A stretch of DNA of 64,000 nucleotides. Origin: a virus. Made by a program: the position numbers and the translations under genes. Shown in pieces: positions 1 through 8,791 of this stretch (position 1 is its first letter; each line of letters opens with the position of its first letter). The stretch spans positions 1-64,000 of IMG/VR virus record IMGVR_UViG_3300020122_000058. The stretch is one strand, 5' to 3'. Under the pieces are notes generated by a model. The model was not told the origin of the DNA. It saw only the letters and a program-made list of their open reading frames with translations, and made no database searches.

Positions 1-93
1 ACCGAAATGGAAGCACTCGCCGCACGCGGCCCTGCCATGGGTGAAGGCAGCGTGATGGAGTTCTTCACAGTCATCTTTGAGGATGTGATATGA
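1..93 (+). CDS. hypothetical protein, C-terminal fragment
   Basis: Frame 1 is open from nt 1 to TGA at 91-93. The stop overlaps the next start (ATATGA), matching the tight packing downstream. Confidence 0.4.
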   Translation, partial: TEMEALAARGPAMGEGSVMEFFTVIFEDVI

Positions 94-257
94 ATGATCT
101 GCTTGAACGAGCGCGTAAGCTGGCTGAGGAAGCCAGCGACCCGATCCTGAACCGGGGTGACCATGATACCTGCCGCATGGTAGGTGAACTGGCCAAGCTT
201 CTTCTCAGAGCGTGCGAACGCCTTGAGAGTCTTGAATATCAAATCAGAGGGGAATGA
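90..257 (+). CDS. hypothetical small protein (55 aa)
   Basis: I translated ATG 90 to TGA 255-257 by hand with no internal stop (MNDLLERARKLAEEASDP...). Both ends overlap neighbours (ATGA). It falls below the ORF-track size cut-off. Confidence 0.5.
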   Translation: MNDLLERARKLAEEASDPILNRGDHDTCRMVGELAKLLLRACERLESLEYQIRGE

Positions 258-448
258 CCATGCAATACTTCGTTTCATACCGGATACCGGTGCGTGAGTT
301 TCGCGAGGAAGAACGCACCGTCATCAAAGGGTGGCGCAGGCAGTACACGTTTCTGCAAGCGTGCAGCAAGGCCGGGGCCGTAGCGCTGGTCAAGCGCTTC
401 GTGCCGGTGGCCAGCAATATCAAGGTGGAGGCTACGGATGCCGAATGA
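254..448 (+). CDS. hypothetical protein (64 aa)
   Basis: ORF track. The ATG overlaps the preceding stop (ATGA). No recognisable motif. Confidence 0.5.
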   Translation: MTMQYFVSYRIPVREFREEERTVIKGWRRQYTFLQACSKAGAVALVKRFVPVASNIKVEATDAE

Positions 449-689
449 TCTTACCGTTGAGCAGTGGAGTCTGCTGCGCTGGCTGAGCGCCGAAGAGTAC
501 AGCCAGTACGGAGAATGCCACGGCGCTAATCTTGATGTGCTGCTGGAACGTGGCTTGGCCAAGGTGGTGGAAGATCCTGCCGCTCAAGCCGGGTTCATCG
601 CTCAGGGCCGCAGCAAGATGTTTCAAGCAGTTACACTCACAGATGCGGGACTCAAGCTGTTGAAGGAGGGTAGCCATGACCAAACTTGA
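438..689 (+). CDS. hypothetical protein (83 aa)
   Basis: ORF track. It overlaps neighbours by a few nt on both sides, and codon usage is like its neighbours. Confidence 0.55.
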   Translation: MPNDLTVEQWSLLRWLSAEEYSQYGECHGANLDVLLERGLAKVVEDPAAQAGFIAQGRSKMFQAVTLTDAGLKLLKEGSHDQT

Positions 690-1197
690 CAAGCCCGCCT
701 ACGGCACTCCCTGCAACGGTTGCGGGGCGTGCTGCGTCACTGCCTTATGCCCGCTGGGGGTGCATGTGCTTGGGGCGCAGCCGGGGCCGTGCCCCGCCCT
801 GGAAGACGCTGGGCCGATGTTTGGGTGTGGGCTGGTTGCCCACCCTGAGCGCTATGCCCCGGTACTGGCAGCCCGCCATGGGCGTGAGGCGTTGCAGCAG
901 GCCGCTGCCTACCTAGTGGGGGTGGGCAGCGGTTGCGACGCACGGCTGGCCAGTGAGCCTGAGAACCTTGCCTTCAAGCGCGGCATACAGCGCAAGGCGC
1001 AGGAAGAATGGATTGCCGCTGCAATCGCCAAAAAACATATGGGGTGCATCATGAGCGTTCAAGAAGCAGCGGGCTACATCGTTGTCGGTCTTGTGATACT
1101 GGCACTGCTGGTGCTGGTGGCAACCATGCCGATGTGCCCAACCGGTTCTTCGCCTGTGTTCAACGGACAATGGGAGTGCAGCTATGGAGAGAACTGA
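676..1197 (+). CDS. YkgJ/UPF0153-like Cys-cluster (Zn/Fe-chelating) protein with C-terminal TM helix
   Basis: 173 aa. The N-terminal CNGCGACC (CxxCxxCC) motif plus further Cys is typical of the YkgJ-type domain. The C-terminal hydrophobic helix is IVVGLVILALLVLVA. Confidence 0.55.
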   Translation: MTKLDKPAYGTPCNGCGACCVTALCPLGVHVLGAQPGPCPALEDAGPMFGCGLVAHPERYAPVLAARHGREALQQAAAYLVGVGSGCDARLASEPENLAFKRGIQRKAQEEWIAAAIAKKHMGCIMSVQEAAGYIVVGLVILALLVLVATMPMCPTGSSPVFNGQWECSYGEN

Positions 1198-1519
1198 AGC
1201 ATTGGCGCGCGCTGAGCGCGACCAGAAGATCGCCGACTATCCAGGGTGCCAGCTTGGCTTCCTGCAATGTCGGTCTCAGACATGCGCGTGCAATGGACTG
1301 AGGCCATGCCGCGCATTCATCCGTGCACGCGCGGACATGTATCTCAACGACAGCTTTTCTATGTGGGAGATGCAGAACGCGTCGGAGATAGGGTGGGACA
1401 AGAACGCACCCATCACACTGCCACGCATCTCAGCAGAGCAGCGTTGGGCTCTCTGGGAGTTTGCATATGTGCTGGCGGTGTTTGCGCTGTCGCTGTGGTA
1501 CTGGGGCACGCACCCATGA
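1184..1519 (+). CDS. Cys-rich membrane-anchored hypothetical protein
   Basis: 111 aa. It has a Cys-rich segment (CQLGFLQCRSQTCACNGLRPC) and a C-terminal TM helix (WALWEFAYVLAVFALSLWYW). Confidence 0.5.
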   Translation: MERTEALARAERDQKIADYPGCQLGFLQCRSQTCACNGLRPCRAFIRARADMYLNDSFSMWEMQNASEIGWDKNAPITLPRISAEQRWALWEFAYVLAVFALSLWYWGTHP

Positions 1520-1917
1520 TCACGCTGGTGTGTGGTGGGCGGACGTTCGGCGATGAGAAACTTGTTTTCTCATCGTTGGATGCACTCGAGTTGGCGTTCG
1601 CTGTGCAGTTGATTGTGGTCCAGGGTGGTGCCCACGGCGCTGACAAGCTGGGCTGGAAGTGGGCCATGGTGCGCGGGCGCAAGAACTTCACAGAGCATGC
1701 TGAGTGGCGCAAGTACGGGCGCAGCGCTGGCCCAAAGCGCAACACAAGGATGCTTGAACTATACAAGCCCAAGCTGGCAGTCGCATTTCCGGGCGGGGCT
1801 GGCACGGCAGATATGGTGCGTAAGGCCACGGCGGCAGGCGTGGCAGTGTGGAAGCCTGCTGAAGAAGGGCTGGTGGCCTTTCTTATGACTCATGAAATCA
1901 AACCAACAGGAGACTGA
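1516..1917 (+). CDS. DUF2493-like SLOG (LOG/DprA-like Rossmann) family protein
   Basis: 133 aa from ATG 1516, which overlaps the upstream stop (ATGA). The motifs MITLVCGGRTF, VVQGGAHGADKLG, SAGPKRNTRML and AFPGGAGTADMV match my recollection of DUF2493. The 1246 start in the track is an out-of-context extension. Confidence 0.7.
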   Translation: MITLVCGGRTFGDEKLVFSSLDALELAFAVQLIVVQGGAHGADKLGWKWAMVRGRKNFTEHAEWRKYGRSAGPKRNTRMLELYKPKLAVAFPGGAGTADMVRKATAAGVAVWKPAEEGLVAFLMTHEIKPTGD

Positions 1918-1918
1918 T

Positions 1919-2293
1919 ATGAAGAAGATGATCACGATTGCGCTCGGCCTTTGTGTGCTGGGCGGTTGCAGTGCACCGCGTGTGGATGAGTTCGGCTACC
2001 AGCGCCACTCGTTCTTCTACGACACGGACTACATGGAGCCAGCCAAGCACATCACGTTTGATGATGCAGCGCAATTGGCTGCATGGTGCACAAGCAAGCT
2101 GGGACACATCAGCTACGATGGCCTCGGCTGTGCCAGCGATGACGGCGGGCTGGTCACCGAGGACTGCACGGAGGCCAACGTGGCTGGCATGCCTGCCGAC
2201 AGGCTGGTGGCTCTCACGCGCTGGATGGACGGCATCTGCCGGGGCTGGCGTGACAAGTGGACCACCACCGCCATCAGCAGCACGCACTGGTAA
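1919..2293 (+). CDS. lipoprotein, function unknown
   Basis: 124 aa from ATG 1919. MKKMITIALGLCVLGGC is a lipoprotein signal with lipobox LGGC. Confidence 0.65.
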   Translation: MKKMITIALGLCVLGGCSAPRVDEFGYQRHSFFYDTDYMEPAKHITFDDAAQLAAWCTSKLGHISYDGLGCASDDGGLVTEDCTEANVAGMPADRLVALTRWMDGICRGWRDKWTTTAISSTHW

Positions 2294-2314
2294 GCGGCTG
2301 GCGTAGGGTTCCCC

Positions 2315-2349
2315 AAGGCCCCGGCTCACCACCGGGGCCTTTTCTTTTA
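2315..2349. terminator. bidirectional rho-independent terminator
   Basis: Stem aaggccccgg (2315-2324) pairs with ccggggcctt (2332-2341) around a 7-nt loop, followed by ttcttttat. It sits between convergent genes ending at 2293 (+) and 2347 (-). Confidence 0.7.
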
Positions 2350-2808
2350 TGCGCGCCACTTGCCGTTCTCATCATAGCCGGGCTTAAGCACCTTCTCTTT
2401 CTGCGCCGTGCCCTGCGTGATGAAGTCAGATACTTCAGCGGCCATGGCCACGCGCACCTTGTCCATCTCTGCCAGAAACTTGGTGCGGGTGGCTTCCAGT
2501 TCAGCGCTTACCTGCTTGCGCAGCGCATTCAACTGGGCAGCCATGTTCTTCTTGAATTCATTGTGGCGCGTCAGAGCATTCTTGGTGCTTGCACCTGCGG
2601 CCTGTATCTCTGCAGGCCCGCCCTTGGGGCCAACCACCTTTGGGCTGCGCCATACGCGCTCGCCTTCTGCGTTGGCCTCCACTACGATGATTGGGCCTGG
2701 AGGGTCTTTGAAATTCAGCAGCGCTTTCTCTGCTGATTCGCGCGTGGTGTTTGCTGGCAGCGTCTGAAGGAATACACCGCCTTTTAAGGGGAGAATGTGG
2801 AAGGGCAT
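2347..2808 (-). CDS. hypothetical protein with coiled-coil C-half (lone minus-strand gene)
   Basis: 153 aa from ATG 2808 (MPFHILPLKGG...); an alternative start lies at 2853. The C-terminal half is heptad-like (NEFKKNMAAQLNALRKQVSAELEATRTKFLAEMDKV). The terminator lies just downstream. Confidence 0.5.
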   Translation of the reverse strand: MPFHILPLKGGVFLQTLPANTTRESAEKALLNFKDPPGPIIVVEANAEGERVWRSPKVVGPKGGPAEIQAAGASTKNALTRHNEFKKNMAAQLNALRKQVSAELEATRTKFLAEMDKVRVAMAAEVSDFITQGTAQKEKVLKPGYDENGKWRA

Positions 2809-2954
2809 ATGACAACCTTTCATGAGTGTGGGTGCCCAAAGGGCGCACAACATGCGCGACTAACTTTGAGACACAGGCAGTTTGCTAGGCCGCGCTGGGA
2901 ACGGCAACGTAGTGGGTGCATGGCTGTATGGGGGCATGGCTGCGGCGCAAGCCG

Positions 2955-3060
2955 TACTATTTTACTATTACCCCTTTGAAAGTTGAAAATATATATCAAG
3001 TTAAGCACGCCATTGTTTTGGCTACGAAATTCAGAATCAGAATGGACGTTTGAAAGTTGA
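2955..3060. promoter_or_regulatory. A/T-rich intergenic core with 12-bp direct repeats (candidate divergent promoter and/or packaging-site region)
   Basis: tttgaaagttga occurs at 2975-2986 and again at 3049-3060. A tandem cagaatcagaat lies at 3032-3043. This is the only long non-coding stretch, and it sits just upstream of the small terminase gene. Confidence 0.3.
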
Positions 3061-3316
3061 GCAGTTGCGTGCACGTTGGGCGCTTTGCTGGCGTTTCTGA
3101 GCGGCTGGTGCGTGCGTTTGGGCATTGTGCAGCGGGCGCAGTGTGAGTTGGACCCATTGTTGGCTTTTGCACTGGAGTGGCTGTGGCACGCTGTGAAAGC
3201 CCCCAGTTGCCAAAGGCGGCACGCTGCCCCTATAAGTCCGACCGCGCCCGTACTGCGTTCAGCGGCCACCTGGAGCGCTTTGGTTTCTTTCCAAATCTGC
3301 AGAAGAAGATCATCTC

Positions 3317-3757
3317 ATGGCGAGAGGAGGTTCGCGTCCGAACGGAGGACGCAAAGTCGGGACACTGAACGGCACCACCAGACAGATGGCGGTGTCTGCG
3401 TTCAAGACAGCAGGTCTTCTCCCGATTGAAGTCATGGCGAAGAACATGACGTTCTGGTTCCATGAAGCCGAGAAGATCGGCAAGGAATTGCAGAAGTTGA
3501 TCGTTGACATTGAAGATCCTGAAGACCGCAGGGAATTCATCGCGATGGTCAATCGCTTCATGGACTTCCGTCAGCGCGCGCAGGAGTGTGCAGTTGATGC
3601 AGCACCCTACGTGCATCCGCGTTTCGCGGCCATTGAGTTCATGAATGAAGATAGCATTGATGCACACCGCAAGGCGCTTGAAGAAGCCAGCGCAGCCGGT
3701 AAGAGCGTGAAGGAAATGGCAGAGGGTTATGCAGGACTCGTCAGCCCGCCTGCTTAA
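3317..3757 (+). CDS. terS: terminase small subunit
   Basis: 146 aa, immediately upstream of and overlapping the large terminase. The basic N-terminus (MARGGSRPNGGRKVG) and the AAPYVHPRFAA motif recur in small terminases I know. Confidence 0.65.
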   Translation: MARGGSRPNGGRKVGTLNGTTRQMAVSAFKTAGLLPIEVMAKNMTFWFHEAEKIGKELQKLIVDIEDPEDRREFIAMVNRFMDFRQRAQECAVDAAPYVHPRFAAIEFMNEDSIDAHRKALEEASAAGKSVKEMAEGYAGLVSPPA

Positions 3758-5483
3758 AGCCCCTTGGGCACCGTTCCCCGCTGAGGAATACAGGTGGCCT
3801 TTCAAGGACTACGTGAGGCCTGGAGAAGGAACGTGGCCTCCTGATTACCGCGCTGTGTACCGGTGGCGCATGCTTATGCTGGATAGGTACAAGCATGATC
3901 CGGCCTGCTTGGTCGGCGCTGTGGAGTACTACCGGCAGCCTGAGCACTACATTGATTTCGTCAACCACTGGGTGGACACCTACGATCCGCGCAATGCCGT
4001 TGATCCCAATCTGCCAACGCGCTTGCCGCTTATCACGTTTGAAAAGCAGGCGCAGCTATTCACGTTCCTGAATGAGTGCGAGCGTGACCAAGTCGGCGGT
4101 GCTGTTGACAAAGCACGCGACACCGGCGTTACGTGGCTGTGCTGCTCATTCAGCGTGTGCAAGTGGCTGTTCAGCGACGGCAGCAGCATAGGCTGGGGCA
4201 GTCGCAAGCAAGATCTGGTCGACAAGCTGGGTGTGCCTGACAGCATCTTTGAGAAGATGCGGCGCATCATCTTCGGCACTCCGCGCGTGTTCTGGCCGGA
4301 GCATTTCTATCCTGACAAGCACATGACGTTCATGCGCATTGTCAACCCGCAAAACGATGCAACGATTACCGGTGAGGCCGGTGATGACATCGGTCGTGGC
4401 GGCAGAAAGTCCATCTACTTCAAGGACGAGTCTGCGCACTACGAGCATCCTGAGTCCATTGAAGCAGCGCTAAGTGAAAACACCAACGTGCAGATTGACA
4501 TCAGCACACACAAGGGCGTTGGCACCGTGTTCTATCGCAAGATCCAGGCAGGCCAAGTGTGGTCGCCGGGTTGCGATTTGCCCAAGGGCATGACGCGTGT
4601 GTTTCCGTTTGAGTGGCGTGACCATCCAGCGAAGACGCAGGAATGGCACGATACCAAGGAACAGAAGGCCAAGGACGAGGGCCTGCTGCACCTGTTCAGA
4701 CAAGAAGTTGACCGCGATGCGTCTGCCAGCTTGGCGGGCATCATCATCAACGCTGAATGGGTGGAAGCCGCCGTTGATGCACATCTGAAGCTGAAGATGA
4801 ACATCACAGGCGGATGGTCAGGCAGCCTGGACGTTGCAGATGAAGGCGGTGACCTGAACGCGCTGACGTTCCGCAAGGGCATCTTGCTCTCCTACGCTGA
4901 AGACTGGGGCGAAGGAGACACCGGCGCTACGGCACGCAAGGCCATCACCACGGCGCAGAACTTTCGGCCCGTCACCATTCAGTATGACTGCGTGGGTGTG
5001 GGCGCTGGCGTGAAGTCCGAATACAACAGACTGAAGCAGGAACAGAAACTGCCGCAGGGCATCTTGCTCAGTCCGTGGGATGCAGGCATGGGGCCGCTGA
5101 ACCCGGAAGCGCGGTTGATCAGCGGCGATGTCAACACGCCGTTGATCAAGGACTACTTCGCGAATGTCAAGGCGCAAGGCTGGTGGCATCTGTCACAGCG
5201 CTTCTATCGCACATATCGTGCGGTGAAGGAAGGGATCAAGTCGTACAAGGATTCTGAGCTCATCTCTCTTGACTCTAAGCTGGCACGCCTGCCGCAGATC
5301 AAGAGAGAACTGAGCCAGCCTGTTTGGGCTTACACCGGTGATCTGAAATTGCTGGTGGACAAGAAGCCGGAGGGTGCGCGTAGCCCCAACTTCGGTGACT
5401 CAATCATGATGAATTATCACCCGATGAAACTGCAAGTCGTCTTCACTGAGGCGATGGTGCGGGAAAGCGCGGTGAAGAGATGA
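3729..5483 (+). CDS. terL: terminase large subunit
   Basis: 584 aa, located between the small terminase and the portal. It has a deviant Walker-A-like KARDTGVT, and the size and two-domain layout are typical of TerL. Confidence 0.8.
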   Translation: MQDSSARLLKAPWAPFPAEEYRWPFKDYVRPGEGTWPPDYRAVYRWRMLMLDRYKHDPACLVGAVEYYRQPEHYIDFVNHWVDTYDPRNAVDPNLPTRLPLITFEKQAQLFTFLNECERDQVGGAVDKARDTGVTWLCCSFSVCKWLFSDGSSIGWGSRKQDLVDKLGVPDSIFEKMRRIIFGTPRVFWPEHFYPDKHMTFMRIVNPQNDATITGEAGDDIGRGGRKSIYFKDESAHYEHPESIEAALSENTNVQIDISTHKGVGTVFYRKIQAGQVWSPGCDLPKGMTRVFPFEWRDHPAKTQEWHDTKEQKAKDEGLLHLFRQEVDRDASASLAGIIINAEWVEAAVDAHLKLKMNITGGWSGSLDVADEGGDLNALTFRKGILLSYAEDWGEGDTGATARKAITTAQNFRPVTIQYDCVGVGAGVKSEYNRLKQEQKLPQGILLSPWDAGMGPLNPEARLISGDVNTPLIKDYFANVKAQGWWHLSQRFYRTYRAVKEGIKSYKDSELISLDSKLARLPQIKRELSQPVWAYTGDLKLLVDKKPEGARSPNFGDSIMMNYHPMKLQVVFTEAMVRESAVKR

Positions 5484-5550
5484 TGTTGGGGTAACGTCTG
5501 CGCCCTTGCATCTGCATCCAATGCAGACACTCATTCGGAGCTAGAACCCG

Positions 5551-5700
5551 ATGAACAAAGACGAACTTACAAAACACGTTGAAGCTCTTGCCGCGAAGGC
5601 CGCAGGACAAGGCGACTCAGGAGATGCGATGCGCTTTGCGCAAGCCGCGCTGAACGTCGCGAATGCCTTGGCTACTTTGCAGGCTAACGACAAGAGCTGA
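5551..5700 (+). CDS. hypothetical small protein (49 aa)
   Basis: Hand-translated as MNKDELTKHVEALAAKAAGQGDSGDAMRFAQAALNVANALATLQANDKS. It fills the terminase-portal gap and is below the track cut-off. Confidence 0.45.
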   Translation: MNKDELTKHVEALAAKAAGQGDSGDAMRFAQAALNVANALATLQANDKS

Positions 5701-5793
5701 GAGATGAAGCGCAGGTTGGTATTACTCTCCTTGGTGTGCCCCCCTTCCTCGGCCGGTGGACCAGCCTGCGCTTCTGCCTTACAGGTGCAATGA

Positions 5794-7482
5794 ATGATCG
5801 TTGACTGGCTTGCCCGCAAGTATGGCTATGTGCCCAAGCGCGAAGCCGTGTCACAAGATCTCCGTGCTGATCTGCCGGTGGCACCGCCGTCTGCGAAGAA
5901 GACGATAAACTGGCCAGCGGTCGGCGATCAGTCACGGCCCAAGCTGCACCCGAAAGTGAAGGTGAAGGATCTCACGCTGGCCACATTGGTGAAGGTGGCA
6001 ACGCCACCGCCTGGAGTGCTGCCCGCAGGTACCGAACTACCTGCACCCGTCATCAACGGCATCAAGTTCGCGATGGATGCGGACCCCGGCCAATTCCAGA
6101 CATGGTATGGCCAATCATACGGCAGCTACGCATTCATAGAGGGCTACACGTTCCTCGGCTATCCGTACTTGGCGCAACTTTCACAGATCACGGAGTACCG
6201 GCTTGTCAGCGGTACGCTTGCGGAAGAAGTCACGCGCAAGTGGATCACTGTCAAGTCTCGCCAAGATGAAACGGAAAAACAGAAGCACAACGGTTCGTTG
6301 CCGGAAGGCTATGAGTCAAAGGCCGAACGCATCCAGGAACTGAACGATGAGATGGAGCGCCTTGGCGTAAAGGCTGCGTTCAGGACGTTGGTGGAGCAAG
6401 ACGGCTACTTCGGTCGTAGCCACTTGTACATTGACACCGGTCAGACTGAAGAGCGCGACGAGCTAATCACTGATATCGGTGACGGTGATGAAGTCAGCGA
6501 GCAAAAAATACAGAAAGGCAGCCTGCGCGCGCTGAAGACCGTGGAAGCTGTGTGGACGTACCCCAACATCTACAACAGCTACGATCCGCTCAGTGACAAA
6601 TGGTACAGGCCAGACATCTGGTACGTGATGGGCAAGCAGATCCATCGCAGCCGCCTGCTGACCATGGTAGCGCGCCCGGTGCCTGATCTGTACAAGCCCG
6701 CGTTCAGCTTTGGTGGCTTGTCCCTAAGCCAGATGGTGAAGCCGTATGTTGATAACTGGCTGCAGACGCGTCAGTCCGTCAACGACATCATCCACTCGTT
6801 CAGCATAATGGTGCTGCTCACAGACATGGCTTCCTTCCTTCAGGATGGCAGCACGGCGCAGTTGACCCACCGTCTCAATATGTTCACCAACTATCGTGAT
6901 AACTCCGGTGTGTTTGCGCTGAGCAAGACGGAAGAAGATTTCAAGAACGTTGCCGCCCCCTTGGGCACGTTAGACCATCTTCAGGCCCAAGCCCAGGAGC
7001 ATATCTGCTCCGCCGCTCAGCAACCGCTGGTGAAGTACACCGGTATCTCGCCCAGCGGGTTGAATGCATCGGGTGAGACTGAACTGAAGGTGTATGACGA
7101 TCGCATCCATGCGTTCCAGGAGTCGGTGGTTGATAAGCCGCTTGGCATCGTATTCAAGATGATCCAGATCAGCATGTGGGGCAAGGTGGACAAGGATCTC
7201 TACTACGAATTCAACCCGCTCCGTGAAATGACGGAGAAGGAGAAGTCTGAGATCGAGAAGAATGAAGCCGATGCAGACAGCACCCGCATTGAAGCAGGTG
7301 TGCTTGATCCTTTGGATGCACGCATCGCGATCGCCAAGAAACCTGATGGCCGCTACTCTGGCATCAACGTGAACGAAGTTCCGCAGATCACTGAACCGCT
7401 ACCCGGCAATATCAAGGAACGGGTGGACGAGGACGAGGATGAAGCGGAGACTGTGGACAAGCCTGAGAAGGAAGCAGCATGA
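5794..7482 (+). CDS. portal protein
   Basis: 562 aa, the next large gene after the terminase. It has an acidic C-terminal tail (DEDEDEAETVDKPEKEAA) and resembles DUF1073-type portals by recollection. Confidence 0.75.
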   Translation: MIVDWLARKYGYVPKREAVSQDLRADLPVAPPSAKKTINWPAVGDQSRPKLHPKVKVKDLTLATLVKVATPPPGVLPAGTELPAPVINGIKFAMDADPGQFQTWYGQSYGSYAFIEGYTFLGYPYLAQLSQITEYRLVSGTLAEEVTRKWITVKSRQDETEKQKHNGSLPEGYESKAERIQELNDEMERLGVKAAFRTLVEQDGYFGRSHLYIDTGQTEERDELITDIGDGDEVSEQKIQKGSLRALKTVEAVWTYPNIYNSYDPLSDKWYRPDIWYVMGKQIHRSRLLTMVARPVPDLYKPAFSFGGLSLSQMVKPYVDNWLQTRQSVNDIIHSFSIMVLLTDMASFLQDGSTAQLTHRLNMFTNYRDNSGVFALSKTEEDFKNVAAPLGTLDHLQAQAQEHICSAAQQPLVKYTGISPSGLNASGETELKVYDDRIHAFQESVVDKPLGIVFKMIQISMWGKVDKDLYYEFNPLREMTEKEKSEIEKNEADADSTRIEAGVLDPLDARIAIAKKPDGRYSGINVNEVPQITEPLPGNIKERVDEDEDEAETVDKPEKEAA

Positions 7483-7595
7483 TCACCGGAACGCAGATCA
7501 TTGAATGGCTTGCATGGGGCTTCTTCATGGGGCTTGGTTGGTCGGTGGCCACGTGGCTGGTCAACATGCTGCTGAGCAAGAAGTCCAATGGCTGA
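7479..7595 (+). CDS. small membrane protein (38 aa)
   Basis: The ATG overlaps the portal stop (ATGA). MITGTQIIEWLAWGFFMGLGWSVATWLVNMLLSKKSNG is hydrophobic. Its end overlaps the next start. Confidence 0.45.
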   Translation: MITGTQIIEWLAWGFFMGLGWSVATWLVNMLLSKKSNG

Positions 7596-7992
7596 GAACA
7601 CGCATGACATTCTAGGCCAGATCGTGCAGACCGTGCGGTGCAAACCCGGTTGGACTTTCCGTCTGAAGGATGAAGAAGGTGCGCTGCGCCTTGTGATCAC
7701 AGTGAACGGCTTTGACTCTTCCATGCCGGAAGATGATGTGCCGTTCACCGTCAGTCACTACTTTCCGGTGCCCACTGCCACCTACAACGAACGCTCATGG
7801 AGACGGTGGGTGTTTGAAATGTGCCGCCGCGTGGAAAACCATGAGCTAGGCGAATGGTTCCGTATCGGTGCTGAAAGGCCATTCGCACCGTTGCACGGCC
7901 CCGGTGAAGATCCTTATACGGTGCATGAGTATCGTTCAATGAAGGATCAGTTGACCACGCAGAACGGCTCTATCAGGGAGCCGTATGAGTAA
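7588..7992 (+). CDS. hypothetical protein (134 aa)
   Basis: ORF track. It lies in the operon between the portal and the MuF-like gene. No motif recognised. Confidence 0.6.
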   Translation: MAENTHDILGQIVQTVRCKPGWTFRLKDEEGALRLVITVNGFDSSMPEDDVPFTVSHYFPVPTATYNERSWRRWVFEMCRRVENHELGEWFRIGAERPFAPLHGPGEDPYTVHEYRSMKDQLTTQNGSIREPYE

Positions 7993-8791
7993 CCGCAAGC
8001 CGCGCCCAAAGCTGCGCACGCTTGCGCCGGTGAGGCCCAGTGTGGGCTTCCAGATGATCATTCAGCGCGCGCTGGAAGACATCATCAAGCGCATGCATGA
8101 CAGCACCATGTACTGGGTGCGTGCTGCGTATCGTGCTAATGAGCCTGAGATCGCTCAAGATGAATTGCCTGCTGTAGCGCTGAAGCGTGCGTTGGCGCGG
8201 CTCAGTCGCCGCTGGCAGAAGAACATTGACGGAGCCGCGCCGGAGTTGGCGAAGTATTTCGCGACCAGCATCAACAAGCGCAGCAGCAAGCGCCTTGGCA
8301 GCATTCTGAAGAACCATGGGCTGACTGTGGAGTTCAAGATGACGAGACCCATGCGTGACGTGATGAACGCCACCATCCAGGAGCAGGTGGGGCTGATCAA
8401 GTCCATTCCGCAGCAATACTTCAAGGCTGTGGAAGGTGCCGTCATGCGTAGCGTGGCAGCAGGCCGTGATCTTGGAGATCTGAGCAAGAAGCTGGAGAAC
8501 ACTTACGGCGTCACCAAGCGCCGCGCAGCGTTCATCGCGTTGGACCAGAACAACAAGGCCACTGCCAGCATGACGCGCGTGCGCCAACTTGAGGCTGGTC
8601 TTGAAGAGGCCATCTGGCTGCATTCGCATGGCGGCAAGACACCGCGCAAGCGGCATCTTGCGTACAACGGTAAGCGCTACAACATCGCCAAGGGTGCACC
8701 GGTCGGCGATAACAATGGCAACTATGTGCACCCTGGAGAAGAAGTCGGTTGCCGCTGTGTACCAAAGCCAATCGTTCCGGGGTTTGCATGA
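7985..8791 (+). CDS. head morphogenesis protein (Mu F / SPP1 gp7-like)
   Basis: 268 aa. The C-terminal WLHSHGGKTPRKRHLAYNGKRY ... HPGEEVGCRCVPKP is the characteristic MuF-domain ending. Its position after the portal fits. Confidence 0.8.
   Translation: MSNRKPRPKLRTLAPVRPSVGFQMIIQRALEDIIKRMHDSTMYWVRAAYRANEPEIAQDELPAVALKRALARLSRRWQKNIDGAAPELAKYFATSINKRSSKRLGSILKNHGLTVEFKMTRPMRDVMNATIQEQVGLIKSIPQQYFKAVEGAVMRSVAAGRDLGDLSKKLENTYGVTKRRAAFIALDQNNKATASMTRVRQLEAGLEEAIWLHSHGGKTPRKRHLAYNGKRYNIAKGAPVGDNNGNYVHPGEEVGCRCVPKPIVPGFA

Noticed and set aside
1246-1917. The 223-aa version of the SLOG gene from the ORF track.
   Set aside because: The N-terminal 90 residues overlap the 1184-1519 gene in another frame and look like noise. 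ATG 1516 gives the canonical family N-terminus with an ATGA overlap.
2810-3316. A tRNA or other structured RNA gene in the large intergenic region.
   Set aside because: I could find no cloverleaf arrangement, no T-loop-like GTTCGAATC or GTTCAAATC box and no acceptor-stem pairing. The ORFs listed here (3076-3429, 3177-3368) have no RBS and overlap terS.
5511-5527. A hairpin, tctgcat-cca-atgcaga, after the large terminase gene, considered as a terminator.
   Set aside because: The stem is only 7 bp, no U-tract follows, and the operon clearly continues into the portal gene.
5704-5793. A 29-aa mini-ORF (MKRRLVLLSLVCPPSSAGGPACASALQVQ) ending at the portal start.
   Set aside because: The RBS is weak, the lipobox is non-canonical and the ORF is very short. 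It may simply be the portal leader region and is kept only as a note.
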